Assembly (NCBI GenBank): GCA_973895155.1
Contig: OZ316896.1
Span: forward strand, 6,686,166 to 6,750,165
Reading direction: 5' to 3'
DNA length: 64,000 nucleotides
Origin: Marsupella aquatica
Taxonomy: Eukaryota; Plantae; Marchantiophyta
Part shown: one piece after another, positions 61,160-64,000 of the stretch
Layout of the letters: each line of letters opens with the position of its first letter
How positions within the stretch are numbered: position 1 is the stretch's first letter
Position numbers and translations under genes: made by a program
Notes under the pieces: model-generated
What the model saw: the letters and a program-made list of their open reading frames with translations, nothing else
The model's database searches: none
What the model was told of the DNA's origin: nothing

Positions 61160-61660
61160 GATGATGATTTATGGAGCACAAATTTTGGGAGCGGGTGTGT
61201 CTAAATCAAGGTGGTAACAAATTGAGGGGATCCAAAAGCTTTTTCTTGAGATGGAGCTTGGGCTCAAGTCACAAACCCCTTATGCCATGACACTTATTGA
61301 AGTAGGATTGCTTCCATTGGAGGTCGAGGCACTCTTCCAAACACTCAAATATATCATGCATGTAAGAGAGTTAGAGGAAGGTAGATTTCATTTTCATGCC
61401 TTGCGCTCATCTTCAGCTAAAGGTTGGTATGCATGTGTAGGTGGGCTCATGCTTGGGACTTTCCTGAACATGAATGGCCAACACACCCAACAAAGCTTAG
61501 ATCAGCACTTGAACAAAGGGTTGTGCACAAACTCTGGCATGATCCTGGCCCACGGGTGCAATACTCCATGAGGGATGTGAACCCTATGGAGAAATATGGA
61601 GAGCAAGAATACCTATCCCGCAGTCCGTCTTGTGGTAAGGTAAGGCACTGGATGCAATTT
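61160..61660 (+). mobile_element. degenerate LINE (RTE-like) post-RT fragment
   Basis: IEGIQKLFL.MELGLKSQTPYAMTLIEVGLLPLEVEAL resembles the post-RT region of RTE-type LINEs. Confidence 0.55.
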
Positions 61661-61844
61661 TCTTTCCAAAGACCAAATTAGTTTTGTATACAGACATTTA
61701 GGGGTCTAGGGTTGATGTTCTATATAGCCTTGCCGCCGCCTTTGTCGTTGCCGAGAACGTCTATTTGCGAGCTGAATGTTGTCTGAAGCTAGAGGGCTGT
61801 TGCAAACAGGACTGTTGCAGACGTGGATGCTTTGTGGTGCTATG

Positions 61845-62150
61845 TGTCACACCAAAAGATCCGTCCTTATGCGGGGTTCGGCTTAGGCTGACATAAACTT
61901 TGTTAGTATTGAGGTTTCGAGCAAGGAGGGATGCGCAAATGGGACTTTATTCCCGTAACTCGGCGCTAAGCACGCCCGATTCTACACTTACATAAACCAT
62001 AGGTATACTTTGTGTTCCGCCGCCGGAACGTACCTTAAGTTGATAGCTTGATCGACCCCAGCTTAAGAACTTCTAAGCCTTCATGCTATCCGCCCTCAGA
62101 TCCGATGATACGGGTATCCAACCCGGGCTCGCAACCATTTTCCGTAGATC
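61845..62150 (-). mobile_element. terminal fragment of the large gypsy LTR family (copy F)
   Basis: tgtcacaccaaaagatccgtcctta..., cataggtat...gttccgccgccggaac..., cttaagaacttctaagcc are reverse complements of 26220-26526. Confidence 0.85.
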
Positions 62151-62799
62151 AACCTATTCATTAAAAGTGTATTTTCTTTTGTTCACAAATCAGTCTTGAA
62201 ATTTACACTTTCATGGCCCCAAATGTACACTTCAAGATGCCCAAATGTACACTTTTGTGTCCCTAAATGTACACTTTATAGGTCAAATCACATTAGTATT
62301 ATATTAATAAATAATATATATTATATTATTTAATAATTCACAAAGAATTGTAGGATAGGGATGATACTTATAAAAATATTTCATCCCCATTCAAGGACCA
62401 TTGATAACGTGTGAACAAAAGTACATCATTCCAAATAGATTATAAGATAATAATATACAATTATCTGCCAATTTACAATGAATACGAACCCATTTCTACT
62501 ATCTAAGGGGTTTAGCATGAGTCAATTAAATCTCTAAACCAAATGCTCGCTACAATGTGTATTTGAGCATGTGCCTCTATCTCCTTTCCTATCTACCCTA
62601 TTGTCATGGTTGCAATGCCCTTTATTTTCAAGGAGTTGAAATTTGGTGGTGGTGTTCCTAATGACTATAATCTCCCGCAAAAACTGTCTGGGATTTTCTC
62701 TATATGGACCTGAATAGTCCCTTCCTAAAAATGATTTAGCAAGTGAGGTACAAGTGCATTGTCAAGTTCCGACTCAGGATGTAAACTACATATCCGGTG

Positions 62800-63580
62800 C
62801 TTTACATTCCAAGGAATCTCATTGCTATTGAGGTCCAACACACTATGCGTAAACTGTGACTTCCAAATTTTTGCTGCATATCTCTTGCTAAGTTGATCAT
62901 AAGTAATCTCATTTTGGCCTTGTCTCTCTTCATGTGCAAAAGAGACCACTTTGGAGAGCTGAGAAGAAGATAACATTGAATGTCACTTGCATGTGATAGT
63001 TTCTCAAGACATGGCCAAAGAATTGCTAGAAGAAAATTATCTCCACGATTGGCATGCGTGTAGGGCACTGGAAATAATCCGGTCATGTCCGGGTTGGCAA
63101 ATGCCTTAAGGGGGGAGTCATCCACAAGGAGGGTGTTGGTTTCATCATATAAATTTCCAAATGCATTTCATACAACAAAAAATCCTTTAGTAGCACATTT
63201 GCCTTCCCATTTGTAATGTCACACCTTTGAATGCCTGTGTCAAAAGCTTCCACCTGTGTGAATACAAACTGAAGTTTTGACCTCTCCTCAGCAGTGAACA
63301 TCATGTTCAACATTTTCATTGTTCATGGTACCCAGCACATGTCCAAATTGCAACGTCAAATCTATCAAAAACCAACTTTAGAAACTCATGGAGCCCTGGT
63401 TGTTCTGTATACATGCGACTAATACCATTTTTTCTATCCCAATGCACTCCACTTGAGGTGACAATGTTCCTGGATGTGCCCTTGCTTTGGAATTCAACAG
63501 AATCCCAAAGTATTTTATTAAGGTCCAAAATCAGCAACTTCCGCTTGATGGGACCAGGTCTCGATTCTGCAAGTGCACCA
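62800..63580 (-). pseudogene. intronless FCP1/NIF (HAD-family) phosphatase-like remnant
   Basis: RKLLILDLNKIL...PGLHEFLKLVFDRFDVAIWT; VLLKD; NTLLVDDSPLKAFANP..GLFPVPY, spread over three frames. Confidence 0.75.
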
Positions 63581-64000
63581 AACACCATTCTTAAAGAAAA
63601 AACCAAAATTGAACTTTGGATTAGGATTGTCTCAGTCCAAAAATACAAGACAATGGCTGACAAAAAAGAAAATTAACCTACATACCGTTTTTAGAAGCCC
63701 CACAATATGTAGACGGATATGGAGACTTTAATTGGTGAGCGCATTTTGTGAGACCAAGAAGTATTTTAGATTGGTATGAATAAATAGAAAGTGAAAGACT
63801 GGATTTCATTCCAAAATAAGAGATCCGTATTCATCAATGATGTTAGCACCAAGCTCCTATTGGATTTCAAAATTGACATCTGAAGTACTTTGTTCTACCC
63901 AATAAGGTGAAATCCAAACAGGAGTTATCAACCCCAATTCTCCACTCTTATACTCTTCCTTATTTAGAATTGATGGAGCAACATCCAATGATATTTCTTG

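Overview
Eukaryotic, land-plant nuclear DNA. The element spectrum and intron style suggest a bryophyte, probably a liverwort (inference). Three host genes lie on the + strand: an organellar histidyl-tRNA synthetase (~29.1-33.4 kb), a small single-pass membrane protein (~35.2-35.9 kb) and alternative NAD(P)H dehydrogenase NDC1 (55.1-60.0 kb). They sit between two deeply nested transposon clusters (1-28 kb, 37.5-54.5 kb) and a third cluster starting at ~61 kb. The clusters contain: two related Ty1/copia elements; a Ty3/gypsy family whose ~4-kb LTR appears to carry a long coiled-coil ORF (six full or partial LTR copies); a chromodomain gypsy whose LTRs end in non-canonical AGT...ACT (confirmed by a solo LTR with a perfect 5-bp TSD); four L1-like LINE pieces; a CRE-like RLE fragment; a non-autonomous CACTA with inverted 24-bp arrays; three MITEs with 8-bp TSDs; and degenerate Ulp1-protease and FCP1-phosphatase ORFs. 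All TE coding regions are decayed. Boundaries were read by eye. TSD-defined ends should be within 1-2 bp; other ends are approximate.
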